A stretch of DNA of 64,000 bases, from the NCBI GenBank assembly GCA_048013815.1, contig CM106585.1, forward strand, positions 16,802,001 through 16,866,000. The letters are read 5' to 3'. Position numbers and translations under genes: made by a program. Under the pieces are notes generated by a model. The model searched no databases, was not told the origin of the DNA, and was given only the letters and a program-made list of their open reading frames with translations. This stretch comes from Setoptus koraiensis. Taxonomy: Eukaryota > Animalia > Arthropoda. Every line of letters begins with the position of its first letter. Position 1 is the first letter of the stretch. Of this stretch, positions 35,583 to 45,910 are shown one piece after another.

Positions 35583-35820
35583 TATGATATATGGTTTACA
35601 CCCAGAGGGCGTAATCTCGTTTCTCTGTGCATACGCACACGGGTCTCTTTCCGCGTGCACACACGGCGCACATACAGCACAGCGCTACAGTGCTGAATTA
35701 TGATAGCTTTAGTGCTTGTGTGTGTAGAGCTCTAACGCACAATTAGAGAGATCGCGCGCACAAGACAGACCAAATCACGCACACAAACAGTTTCTACAGT
35801 TGTGTGTAGTACAACAACTC

Positions 35821-35872
35821 GCACAGAGAGAGGGAGAGAGAGAGAGAGAGACTGAGAGGGAGAGAGAAAGAT
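35821..35872 (+). repeat. GA-repeat tract upstream of the HTH gene
   Basis: (GA)n-rich run about 150-190 bp before ATG 36015. Confidence 0.7.
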
Positions 35873-36014
35873 TCCGAAAGAAACGGGATTACACCCAGTA
35901 TTATATATTGGCCATATGTATTATCGAAAACAATTTTATTTTACTATTAGCTAACAATAATATTCGAGATAATTTATAATTCTCAAGGAGCTCTGACAAT
36001 TTGCACTCGGTAAT

Positions 36015-37301
36015 ATGAGCAAATGTAATAGCGACGCGGATGAAGGAGATTCTGATAAGCCAAAGGTTTACAGGACGCCAATTGAGATCGAGGTGCGCGT
36101 TAAACAATTGCATGAATTACACTATAGTTATTCGCAGATAAAAAGCACCATATTAAAAAGCACAAGTTATAACATCTCCAGCGGAACTATCGCTAGAATT
36201 GTAAATAAAAAAGGGAGATGGCAGGTTAACAAAGAAAAAACAAAACGTAATGGCAGACCAGTGAAGAGAACAGATAACCTAATTGAACAAGTTATTTCTA
36301 TGGCCACTGATACGGAAAATCCCGTCTCTCAAAGACAAATAGCTAAAAGGCTCAACATATCCTCAACAACAGTGAATAGGATCTGTCGTGAGGATATTGT
36401 CAAGGTTGATCCGAAATTGGTTGGTCAAACTAAACCGTTGGACCATTGCATCATCAAGGCTAAGGCCAATGAACAGAACGACGCTATCATAGAGACTGCT
36501 GCAGCTATTATAGCCGATGGGGAGCCTCTGAGCCAAAGATTGATTGCCAAAAGGTTGGGGATATCAAACTCCAACGTCAATAGAGTTATTAATATGTATC
36601 TACCAGACCTGAAAGAGACAATTCGTTTACACAAAACACCCTCCAGGTCTTCATCTCATCAAAAAGTACCAACGAAAAAAGCTAGAAACAGCAACAAAAA
36701 GGACCTTTCTTCGGATGAAAATGATGGTGACAATGAATCATCTCAACACTCTTGTACATCCAAAAGTAACAAGAGAAATTCTTCGGAGTCGCTTGATCCA
36801 CAGCAGACACCTAAGTCTTCAAAAACAAAATCCACGAGTGTGAAACAACCGCATGGGCCGGACAAAGTGTCCGCAGCCGCTATACAGATCAAACTGTCTA
36901 CCGCTTTAGCCCAGCATCAACAATCACCAAAACAACAACAGGCTATCCTCGAAAAACAGAGGGCCCAACTACAAAAACAACAAGAGGAGATATTTCGACA
37001 GCAACAGGAATTGCAACGTCAGCAACAAGATCTTGAGAGAAAGCAGCAGCAGCTGGAAATCGAACGACAACAACAACTGGAGCTAGAGAGGCAACTAACA
37101 GAGAATCAGTACGGATCTGGAATGATGGTTACCTACTCGACACCGCCTAATACAAGGGCACAACAAGCAAGGGCCACAATGAATTCTCCCACGCACATGA
37201 GTGCTGTAGTTCAGCAACAAGTTCCTGCCACAGAAGATCAAACTTATTGGTCGATGCAACAAACAAACTACATACCAAACAATAGTCATAAGCCCACTTG
37301 A
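36015..37301 (+). CDS. Tc1/mariner-type HTH DNA-binding protein without catalytic domain, with Q-rich coiled coil (428 aa), nested in the innexin intron
   Basis: First HTH-like segment, GRP linker (RNGRPVKRT), second HTH SQRQIAKRLNISSTTVNRICREDI and a duplicate SQRLIAKRLGISNSNVNRVI. Followed by a S/K-rich region and a Q/E-rich heptad stretch. AATAAA at 37423-37428. Confidence 0.8.
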   Translation: MSKCNSDADEGDSDKPKVYRTPIEIEVRVKQLHELHYSYSQIKSTILKSTSYNISSGTIARIVNKKGRWQVNKEKTKRNGRPVKRTDNLIEQVISMATDTENPVSQRQIAKRLNISSTTVNRICREDIVKVDPKLVGQTKPLDHCIIKAKANEQNDAIIETAAAIIADGEPLSQRLIAKRLGISNSNVNRVINMYLPDLKETIRLHKTPSRSSSHQKVPTKKARNSNKKDLSSDENDGDNESSQHSCTSKSNKRNSSESLDPQQTPKSSKTKSTSVKQPHGPDKVSAAAIQIKLSTALAQHQQSPKQQQAILEKQRAQLQKQQEEIFRQQQELQRQQQDLERKQQQLEIERQQQLELERQLTENQYGSGMMVTYSTPPNTRAQQARATMNSPTHMSAVVQQQVPATEDQTYWSMQQTNYIPNNSHKPT

Positions 37302-37506
37302 TTAAACAACTGAGATAACTACACACATAAGAACTAACTGTCAGTCTTTAAAAACCAAAAACAATCCTTACCAATGAGCTTGACTTGAACGCAATTCATT
37401 TGACTATTTGAATTTTCCAAAAAATAAAAATATGCACGTGCCCCAATTAATTAACCTAAAATATTCCGTGCTTACGGATTTAATCTTTTCTCTCATCTGT
37501 CAACAG

Positions 37507-37633
37507 GTTCCTCATCTACCTGCTCGGAAAGAACATCCAACCTCTTAATTACAAGGAAGTTATTGAGGATTATGCAACGGAGTTATCGAAAAAACAAAAA
37601 AATGGCAAAACCGACTTCTTGGAGAATGCGTAG
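37507..37633 (+). CDS. Innexin exon 2 (C-terminal), completing a 371-aa protein
   Basis: Pyrimidine tract and CAACAG|G acceptor at 37505-37506. The phase-2 join gives GDW-FLIYLLGKNIQPLNYKEVIEDYATELSKKQKNGKTDFLENA* (TAG 37631-37633), matching the conserved innexin GDWFLLxxLGKNIxP tail. Confidence 0.88.
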
Positions 37634-38031
37634 GTATGAGTTCTGGAGCTCTAGAAGTATTACTATCCAAAAACAACGATAGTGATATATTCTCATGATC
37701 GTCATTACGTCTGGTGACAGATGGAGCTTTCAATGTAGTCATTTAAATGCCACCCACATCATGTTTCATAATAATCATCCACACATAGAGTATATGTTCA
37801 CTGCCGAAACAGATGCTAGAGATCCTAAAAATCCGGTGGTCTTTAGACCATGTTTTGCCACTTAAAGTTACGGAAAAACCTAACAGGAACATGTACGAAT
37901 TGCTCATCCATGTACTATGCTGAACACTATACCATCACGAAATAATGAACGTTCTCATCGAAAAAAAGATGTCTGGTCGAGTGTTGACAGAATTGTAATA
38001 TAATAATGATAATAAATTTTTACAAACTAGT

Positions 38032-40350
38032 TTAATCTACATTCATCGTTGTCTTCTTGGATTGATCCATAGTACTCTGCTCTTTCACTAACAATATGGC
38101 ATGGTATATTTTAACTGCTGGACCCAGCTTGATGTTTAATATATCTACCAGATCTCTCTGATTCATAAGCATCAAAGATTGACCACATATTTGTTGATAT
38201 TCAAACAAGCAACCATTTCCTGCGCAGCCAGCTATACTATCTACAAACTGCTTAACTGCATCAGGCTTCCAATTATCCACATCTTCTATCTTGAACTGAC
38301 TTATCCTGTCTTGGGGCATCAATTTTTCAATAAGGTGTTGCCAATTAGAATTTATATTACTACTGGCGTCTGAGAGATTTTTGAGCGGCTGGGGAGACTT
38401 AGACTTCATATACGGAGGTTTTGTCCTACGTAATTTATCATCAGGTCCGCCACTAAGTAATGATGATCCTGGCAAAACTTTTCTCGCTGTACAGGATGGT
38501 TTGAAATTCATATCGTGTCTCGGTTTCTTTTTTCCTTTCTCATTATTAATTCCATTTGTGAAGGGCTCGTGCTTTCTTTTGCTCTGATCTTGTGACTTAT
38601 TATTTAATTGTGATATTAAATCTTCATTTTCCTCTTCGTCATCAGTATCTAAAACTTCTAAATCACCAAACTCATTGAGAGTAAACTTGAAGTCACACCC
38701 TTCCAAGGTCCCTACGCCATTAGACCATCTCAAAAGTTTTTTAGCTTGTTCATCTAACAAGGGTTTATCTGATGACTGACTTTGAGGTTTAGGTGCATGA
38801 GTTGTCGTCACAGTATGACTAGGCTGCGAGTTACGCTGTGGAACTCGCCCAACCGACACTACATCTCTACCGGAAGTATTTGTGGTGGTAACTGTGGCTG
38901 GTGCTGAAGTTGGTGGATGTGATTCATTGGTGGCAGCTTTTACTGTATTTGAGACCGCTGTTGCGCTGCTCTTATACCCAGTTAGCGAAGTGGTATTAGT
39001 GGTTGTGGTATTAATGGAGGTTGCCACCACCGTTGTACTAGTAACTGTTGAGGGAATTTGAATGGTCAGCAAGGTGCCAGACAGATTTAGATTGTGTCCT
39101 TGAAGTTGGGTCTTTAGCTGTGGGTTATTCTTGAGAAATTCCATTGAGGTGGGATGAAATTTGTTTGCTTGCGAAGTGAACTGACTCATGTCAGAGTTAT
39201 TTAGTGATGACATGGGTATCGCCATCAGCGTTCGACCGTCTGGTACCGGAACCATTACCATGGGTACACTTTTTGAAGAGTTCGGTAGTTTCATCTCACC
39301 GGCGGTGGCTTGGGCCGGTAAGTATATTGAACCAGCTGGGATATTGGTCTTCTTTGTTGAAGTGTTAACACCAGATACGACAGGAGATGAACTAGCGTTG
39401 CAATTTAAGGCTTTAAACGTATAAGATGTATTCTTGTTGAATAATGGAGCTGAGGCTGTTAGAGAAGCCGGTATTGTTTCAGCCATAGTATTCAGGCCTA
39501 AGCTAGCTTGAGAAGAGTCAACGAATGTAGCAGTAGTTGTATAAGTGGGTTGGTTGTATATATAGGTAGTAGTATTACAAGAATTTGTTACGTTTGATGG
39601 AATAGATGCAATTTGTAATGTATTATTAGCCAGCTCTTTTTCATTTGATAATATGCCTGCACTCAAATCTGACTTTGGTACAGTAACTCGTGATACCTCA
39701 CAGGAATCAGCATCAGTAACTTGATTTTTGTTCCATGAGGCATCTGAAGAAACTTCTGAAATTTTCTGAATGCTTCCATCTCGTTCGGGGTCTAGTTTTT
39801 CACTACAAGTCAACATGGGAGATGGAGTTCTATCATCAGGTTGTCGTGTAGTATTTGCATCGGCATTTTGATCAGGCTGTTCTCCGTCTGGATCTGTTTC
39901 ACTGGACGAGACTAATTTAGGCTGAGCAATATCTCCTCCTTCAACAGCTACTGGAGATGTAGATTGTTCATTGGATGTCGTCTTGTTTTCCGAACTTTGT
40001 GGGTCGGAGGGCATCTTGATGTGACTTGCTGGTGAGAGGGGTTGTCTTATAGGCGATGCTTGACATATATGCGAATAATCAAAGCTAAGGTCAGACGAAT
40101 CTCCCGTCAAATCCAATGGTGCAGATGAGTCAGTTTTATTGACGGAAGAGTCAGATACGGTAGCCTTCTGAGAAGGAACTGGTTTTTCTATTGTTGTGTT
40201 CTCCTTGGGCGTACTGGTATCATTGCAAGACTGATCTGACGACGATGAATCTTGCGAACTAGATGATGAAGATGATGATGATGTGCGCGTAGACTGATCC
40301 TTACTTTCGCTAGTCGTGTTAGCATTGTGAGAACATTGTTCGTCGGCCAT
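38032..40350 (-). CDS. L(3)mbt-like SAM-domain protein lacking MBT repeats (772 aa, single ORF)
   Basis: C-terminal Polycomb-class SAM (WKPDAVKQFV..QQICGQSLMLM..IKLGPAVKIY) plus LRWSNGVGTLEGCDFKFTLNEFGDLEVL, which resembles the N-terminal motif I recall from L3MBTL/l(3)mbt proteins. The rest is S/T-rich low complexity. Confidence 0.8.
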   Translation of the reverse strand: MADEQCSHNANTTSESKDQSTRTSSSSSSSSSQDSSSSDQSCNDTSTPKENTTIEKPVPSQKATVSDSSVNKTDSSAPLDLTGDSSDLSFDYSHICQASPIRQPLSPASHIKMPSDPQSSENKTTSNEQSTSPVAVEGGDIAQPKLVSSSETDPDGEQPDQNADANTTRQPDDRTPSPMLTCSEKLDPERDGSIQKISEVSSDASWNKNQVTDADSCEVSRVTVPKSDLSAGILSNEKELANNTLQIASIPSNVTNSCNTTTYIYNQPTYTTTATFVDSSQASLGLNTMAETIPASLTASAPLFNKNTSYTFKALNCNASSSPVVSGVNTSTKKTNIPAGSIYLPAQATAGEMKLPNSSKSVPMVMVPVPDGRTLMAIPMSSLNNSDMSQFTSQANKFHPTSMEFLKNNPQLKTQLQGHNLNLSGTLLTIQIPSTVTSTTVVATSINTTTTNTTSLTGYKSSATAVSNTVKAATNESHPPTSAPATVTTTNTSGRDVVSVGRVPQRNSQPSHTVTTTHAPKPQSQSSDKPLLDEQAKKLLRWSNGVGTLEGCDFKFTLNEFGDLEVLDTDDEEENEDLISQLNNKSQDQSKRKHEPFTNGINNEKGKKKPRHDMNFKPSCTARKVLPGSSLLSGGPDDKLRRTKPPYMKSKSPQPLKNLSDASSNINSNWQHLIEKLMPQDRISQFKIEDVDNWKPDAVKQFVDSIAGCAGNGCLFEYQQICGQSLMLMNQRDLVDILNIKLGPAVKIYHAILLVKEQSTMDQSKKTTMNVD

Positions 40351-42302
40351 AACAGATTGTTAATAGTCTTAGACTGTTATTATTACTATTATATAATAAT
40401 AACGACAAAAGGTATGATGAGTACACTGCGCGAGCACAGCGAGTATGCAAATTTTGTTTTTTCAATGATATTTAGGGGATATTTAGGTAATATGATTGTT
40501 GCAATTGCTGTAGTTGCCGTTCACTATATACAATAATACTACGAAAATAGTAAAATGCGTTCATGCGTAGAATATAGCGGTCATCGATGATGGCATACGA
40601 GCAGCAGCGGACGAGTGTAAATTTCACTAGTTGAAGTTGGTTGATTTTCGCCTATTGATACGAAGAACTGTATCGATGTGATAATCATGGAATGAGAGAA
40701 AAGAGTGACCGTTAATTTGTTGTTTGATAGGTGCAAGTTTGAGTGGAAAAAACACCGATGTGTGGCATTCAAGATATGGTTTAAACTTACTGTTCTTCAC
40801 TGTTGCTTTCCCTGGATATATCTATGAATATGTGGACAGATATAGAATAATATCTATAGTTGAAAGAAATTTCTATTACATGCAATGTTGATAAGTGTAT
40901 GTATGTGTATGTTTGTGTGACTTAATTGGTATAGATAAGTTTTTTTTTCTTGTATTATTACTACAGATGTGAATTGATGCAATAGTAACGTATTGGTGTT
41001 TCCTAATCAGACGTTTCCGTGTTGACGTTTTTCTCTTCTATTGCAGACTCAATGATGAGCTTCCTCTATCTGTAAATGTTGTGTGGCATTAAAAGGTTAA
41101 GAAAAATGTCCCAAAGAACCGCTGCAGATTCTTTTCTTTTCTAAGCTTACTTGTTGTATAGAGGTTTCTATGCTACCCGTGATACAATATCCGTGAGTAA
41201 GTATATTCGAGATAGGAGATGTATAAGTTGGCCCTGATAAATGTCGGCCACTGCACTAACGAACGGTGCTTTGCATTAACAAATTGTAAAGATTTGGTTG
41301 TCTCTCCGTCGTCTCTACACGCAGAATCCCTAAACTATACTAAATACACACGCACGCACGAACGCACGCACAGACAAACAAACACACGCACAAACCAATG
41401 CTTACAGTGGGCTACAGTGGATGAACATTCGTTAGGCCTAAGGATATGGGGGCGCGTTATGTCTGGGGGCAGCAAATCCAAAGTGAGAGAGTTCGCTCCT
41501 CGGCGCTGTGCTGTATGTGTTGAAATTGTTGCCTGTAAGAGAGAGAGAGTGCGCTTCACGAGCCGAAAGAATTTCAAATTTGCAGTTGCACCCGTCCACA
41601 CTGCGGTACTACTGTGCGCCAATACAAGTCTGCTGGCAATGCAATCTACTCACTATGCGCCTGTCCCTTCCGATCTTGAAATTCGCTACTGTGAATTGTG
41701 CTCATTGAAACACAAATAACGTGATGCTCGCCCGGCTGATCTGTCTGTGTGCAAACTCAAGTGTGCCAGCCTCAACCACCAGGGGCGCCACTTTAGCCGC
41801 TCTCTGGCTGGGTGAGTGAAACGCCAAACTGCCCATCTCTCTCGATGTGTTTGACTTGTCGTATCAACTCGCACCCAGAATCGTTTGCTTTTTTCACGCC
41901 AGGCGCGCACGGCGGCGAGTTTATTCTAGCGCGACTTACTCCATGCGCGCTCACTGTGCACGCAAAATGCCCATGTTGTTTGCCGCAACAGTGACAACTT
42001 GTTACCTACGAGTTGCAAGCATTTTGGCGGCGCGCAGCGCCCCCAGACGAATCTCACTCGCATATGATGCGGCCTTTTGCAAAAAAGCATACTCACACTG
42101 TCGACTGGGCCACGTTTCTCAATCGTCAGCCAATTCAAACCAATATCATTATTATTTTTTTGCTATTTATTATTCCATTTTTTGTTGTTGTACCGAATAC
42201 CTAACATCATCAATATCCCAATCCGGACCGGCGCTGATTTCGTGAATCTATCCAAGCACACATTGCACTAATCGGACCTCGGAATATTGCACTCGATAAA
42301 AG

Positions 42303-43142
42303 ATGGCTACTCTAACTAGGGCAGACATTGCCACCAAACTCAGAGGTATTGAGAGATACAATCCGGAAAACATGGGACTCTTAGTGGATTATCTAGATTC
42401 ACAATGCAAGAATAACCATTATGATCTAGAGGCCAATTTGGCTATTCTTAAACTGTATCAATTCAATCCGGGCATGTTCCAGGCACAAGTTGTCGAGAAG
42501 ATTCTTCTCAAGGCCCTGACCAATCTTCCTCACCCAGATTTTATTCTTTGCAAATGCTTGATAGAACCTACCAAACTCGATTCAGGCAACATACAAACAA
42601 TCAATGAGATGCATCATTTGTTGGAGTTGTGTCAATTTAGGAAATTTTGGGTAAGTTTAAACCGACTCTTCCTGGCATCTTGACACACTTTGTCCCCCAA
42701 TACACAGTGCGCATAATTAATCTTTGAATAACCCTCTCTACAAACAAAACAACAGGAGGACCTTGCTGCAACTAGAGATATAATAGTACCTGTAGAGAGT
42801 TTTGAAGAAAGTATTAGGAAGTGTAAGTAGTTATTAACATGCTCTGGTGGTAATTAGCACAACGTTCTCTCCGCATATTCTAAAGCAATTGAACTCTTGT
42901 TTTCAGTCATTTGTCATGTTATAGGTATTACGTATCAGCACATTAGAGCCAATCTTCTTACTGATTTATTGGGATTCCGCAAGGATGAAGATATGGACGC
43001 GTGGATAGAAAAATACAACTGGAAAATTGAGGATGACGGTTACGTGTTTGTAGCCAATCAAGAGGACAAAATTAAGACTATCAACATTACGGAGAAAATT
43101 GAGCTTGAGCATGTGGCCAATATATTGGCGACTTATCGATGA
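42303..43142 (+). CDS. eIF3k: Eukaryotic translation initiation factor 3 subunit K, 3 exons: 42303..42650, 42756..42822, 42907..43142
   Basis: GIERYNPEN, YDLEANLAILKLYQFNP, LLKALTNLPHPDFILCKCLI. GT-AG junctions give in-frame FEESIRKFICHVIGITYQ and VANQEDKIKTINITEKIE. Confidence 0.95.
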
Positions 43143-43818
43143 AATAAAATATATAATATATTGTCACCGTGAATATCTATAATGAATATCTACGCGATTG
43201 AGTGTGTTCTGTCTAATAACAAACTGTTGAGTTGAATGGCTGCAATTTTGTAAGCTCAAAGTGTTCCCTTCAGCTCTTAGGAGCACTAAATGGGAAGTTT
43301 CGATCTTGTTTGCTCTCACCGATATGCAAATTCTGGCAGATTGTTGTATGACGTGATACAATTCAAGTACAGATTGAATTTGCTGGAGAGAAAGCTGTGA
43401 GTGACAAAACAGTTAACGCTTGGCTCTACTCGATCATTATCGCTCACAAACTCATCACAACTCATACGAGAAAGCTAATTCGCTACATCTCATCAGAGTT
43501 CATGCGGTTGTGACTTTTGTTCATTTGAAATCACTTAGCCACTTGACCTGATTAGATTCCTTGTGACCATTTGTTGTCTTTTATAAGTATTGTCTGACGG
43601 TTATATAAAGAAGCGCCAATGACTTGAAAACTTTCATTTGTTGAAACAAATCCTCGAATGCTGAAAGTTTCTGAAAACTTTTGCAAGAAAATAGTTAGCA
43701 GCCAAGTATTTATTTATCAAAATATTTAATAAAAACTACATAAATAAGTGATGTAAACAACTATCAATAATCATCGCTTCACCTTTCCAAATACAGAGAA
43801 TAAATAGGAGCCAAGACA

Positions 43819-45910
43819 ATGCTTAAAATAGTCCTGAATGTTAGTATGCAGCTCGTTTACATCTATTCAATCATAAATAACTTAATAGATTTGTAATCAT
43901 TGATCGTGAAAAATTGAATATCATCCGTCTGCTTATTCAGATTGCGATCATAAGTATTGGAGTTGCGGTATTGTTTCCGATTCCCTCAAGCTCAGCTCTA
44001 GATAGAACTCAACGAACTAGTACTCGTAAGTAACTTAAGTTAACTGGTAATTTGTATTCACCTTCATCACCAATAAGTCGCCAATAACGAGCACAATTTT
44101 TACATCGATCAATTCATCTTGAAGCCATCGATAATAATGTCTTGGCAGAGATACAGGTAATTTGTCGTAATGACGCTATCATGCTTCAAATGAATACCAA
44201 TCGGGCCTTCAATGGTATGATATATCCTAAAGGGTTGTCCAACAACAATACCTGCATGTCAGAATATTACTCCGCTAAAAACATCTCTTACAGGCTGCCT
44301 TTAAAATCATGTAACACCATGAGCGCTGATGTTGTAAGTATCTTTTAGGAAATCAAATATCTGCTGGACTTGACTTGTTTATTCTTCTGTTCATTCTCGA
44401 CTTATCTTGTATTCTTTTGTCCATTCTCCCCAAAGGATGACGGTATCGAATATTTCAACACCGTCATGGTGCAACCACATATGAGACTGCTGACCAATCA
44501 GGGAAAAGTTTATCATATCCGATGCAAATATCAAACAAGAGAGAAAACAATCGCAAACACTCAATTCAACGTGAGGTGAGCAATCTTTTGGAAATTAGAC
44601 CTCAAAAATCATACACTACTGTTATTGCGTCCTCAATAGTAAAAAACAATTGATCAAATCTATGTTTGTTAGTGCTACATTTGCGCTGCAAAATAATCTA
44701 GCTGGTGCACCCCCATTGTTGGCCACGGCCTCAATGCCATCATGCACAATGAAGATATTTCGCAGTGGAAACGATGATCCTGCCGAAAGTGTTAAAATAG
44801 GCGACAAATTAATTATGGTGATCGAGATTGACCAGCAAGGTGAGCTCATAGTTGATTATGTTACTCGTCATTCGGCGAGTCTTTTTTACATTTAGTGCTT
44901 GTGGCCAAACTGACGTTCACCCAACATTCCGTCATTCTCTCGCCAGATATGTACGGAATGAAGATCACAAACTGTGCCGTAAGAGATGGCCTCAATCTAG
45001 CCGAGCAACCATTGATAAATGACAACGGGTAAGATATTGCCAAAATAATTGATTGGCTCATTAATTATAAACAAAGCGGTCGAACGTTTTTACCTGACCC
45101 GAACGAACTGTCGTTTTGTTGCTGACCCATCGAACTGTGATTTCAGGTGCCCCTTGGACGAGACAATCATGCCACAATTTGAATATTCCAACAACTTTAC
45201 GAGATCCGCAGTATCGTTTCCGGCCCACAAATTTCCGCACACATCCTCTGTCTACTATCAATGCAATGTGCGATTGTGTATCAAGGATGGAGGCTGTGAT
45301 ATGGTAAGAGGATCTCGCTGCTTTAAGAAAACTGTTTCCTTTCAGCACCTCGCCCGCGTTCTAATACTTACATTGATATAACCCCCAATTTTCCTGATCG
45401 CTCTCACTAGCCCGATTGCTCTAATAAGGACAGCACGAGAAAGAAGCGTTTCATCGAGCACCCAAAATATGGCCCAGTTCGCAAAGATCCAAGCTTGAAT
45501 TTCGACGTCTACTCGGGATTGTATGTCAGCGATATGGATGCCTCACAAGGTCAGTAATGAATAAAGAATCCTCGAGCTATGAAAATTGAATGCTGCACTG
45601 TATCTTATTATTCAAGTCAATCTCTACTATTAATCGCGCGCTTTTTTTCATTCATTTTGTAGATAATGAAAAGGAACAATCGATGCGCCAGATTACCGGT
45701 GAGCAAGTTTGTATGCCATTCGGACAGTTTGCCGTGGCAGTTTCTGCAGGATTGGGTGCACTTATATTAATCGCTCTCATAGTGTTCGCTTGCAATCTAA
45801 CCAGATTACATTCACACAAATCCTTGTCCACTTGCTCATACCCGTTTCAATCAGAGCAACAATCATCTAGATCTTACTTTGATGGATCTACTTGCCAGAG
45901 AGACTGTTGA
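43819..45910 (+). CDS. Zona pellucida (ZP) domain transmembrane protein (cuticlin/dusky-like), about 9 exons
   Basis: In-frame GT-AG joins give signal peptide, ZP-N (VICRNDAIML..FNGMIYPKG..LPLKSCNT, NTVMVQPH..YHIRCKY), ZP-C (PSCTMKI, YGMKITNCAVRDG, NGCPLDE, AHKFPHTSSVYYQCNVRLC), furin site RKKR and a TM segment. The exon-3 acceptor is uncertain. Confidence 0.9.

Noticed and set aside
33000-36000. Chimeric assembly at the GC/AT transition
   Set aside because: Disfavoured because the innexin exons on either side join in the correct phase into a normal-length protein; not fully excluded without long reads.
35185-37500. Intact autonomous Tc1/mariner transposon containing the HTH ORF
   Set aside because: Both TIRs lie upstream of the ORF, none is seen downstream, and there is no DDE/D catalytic domain.
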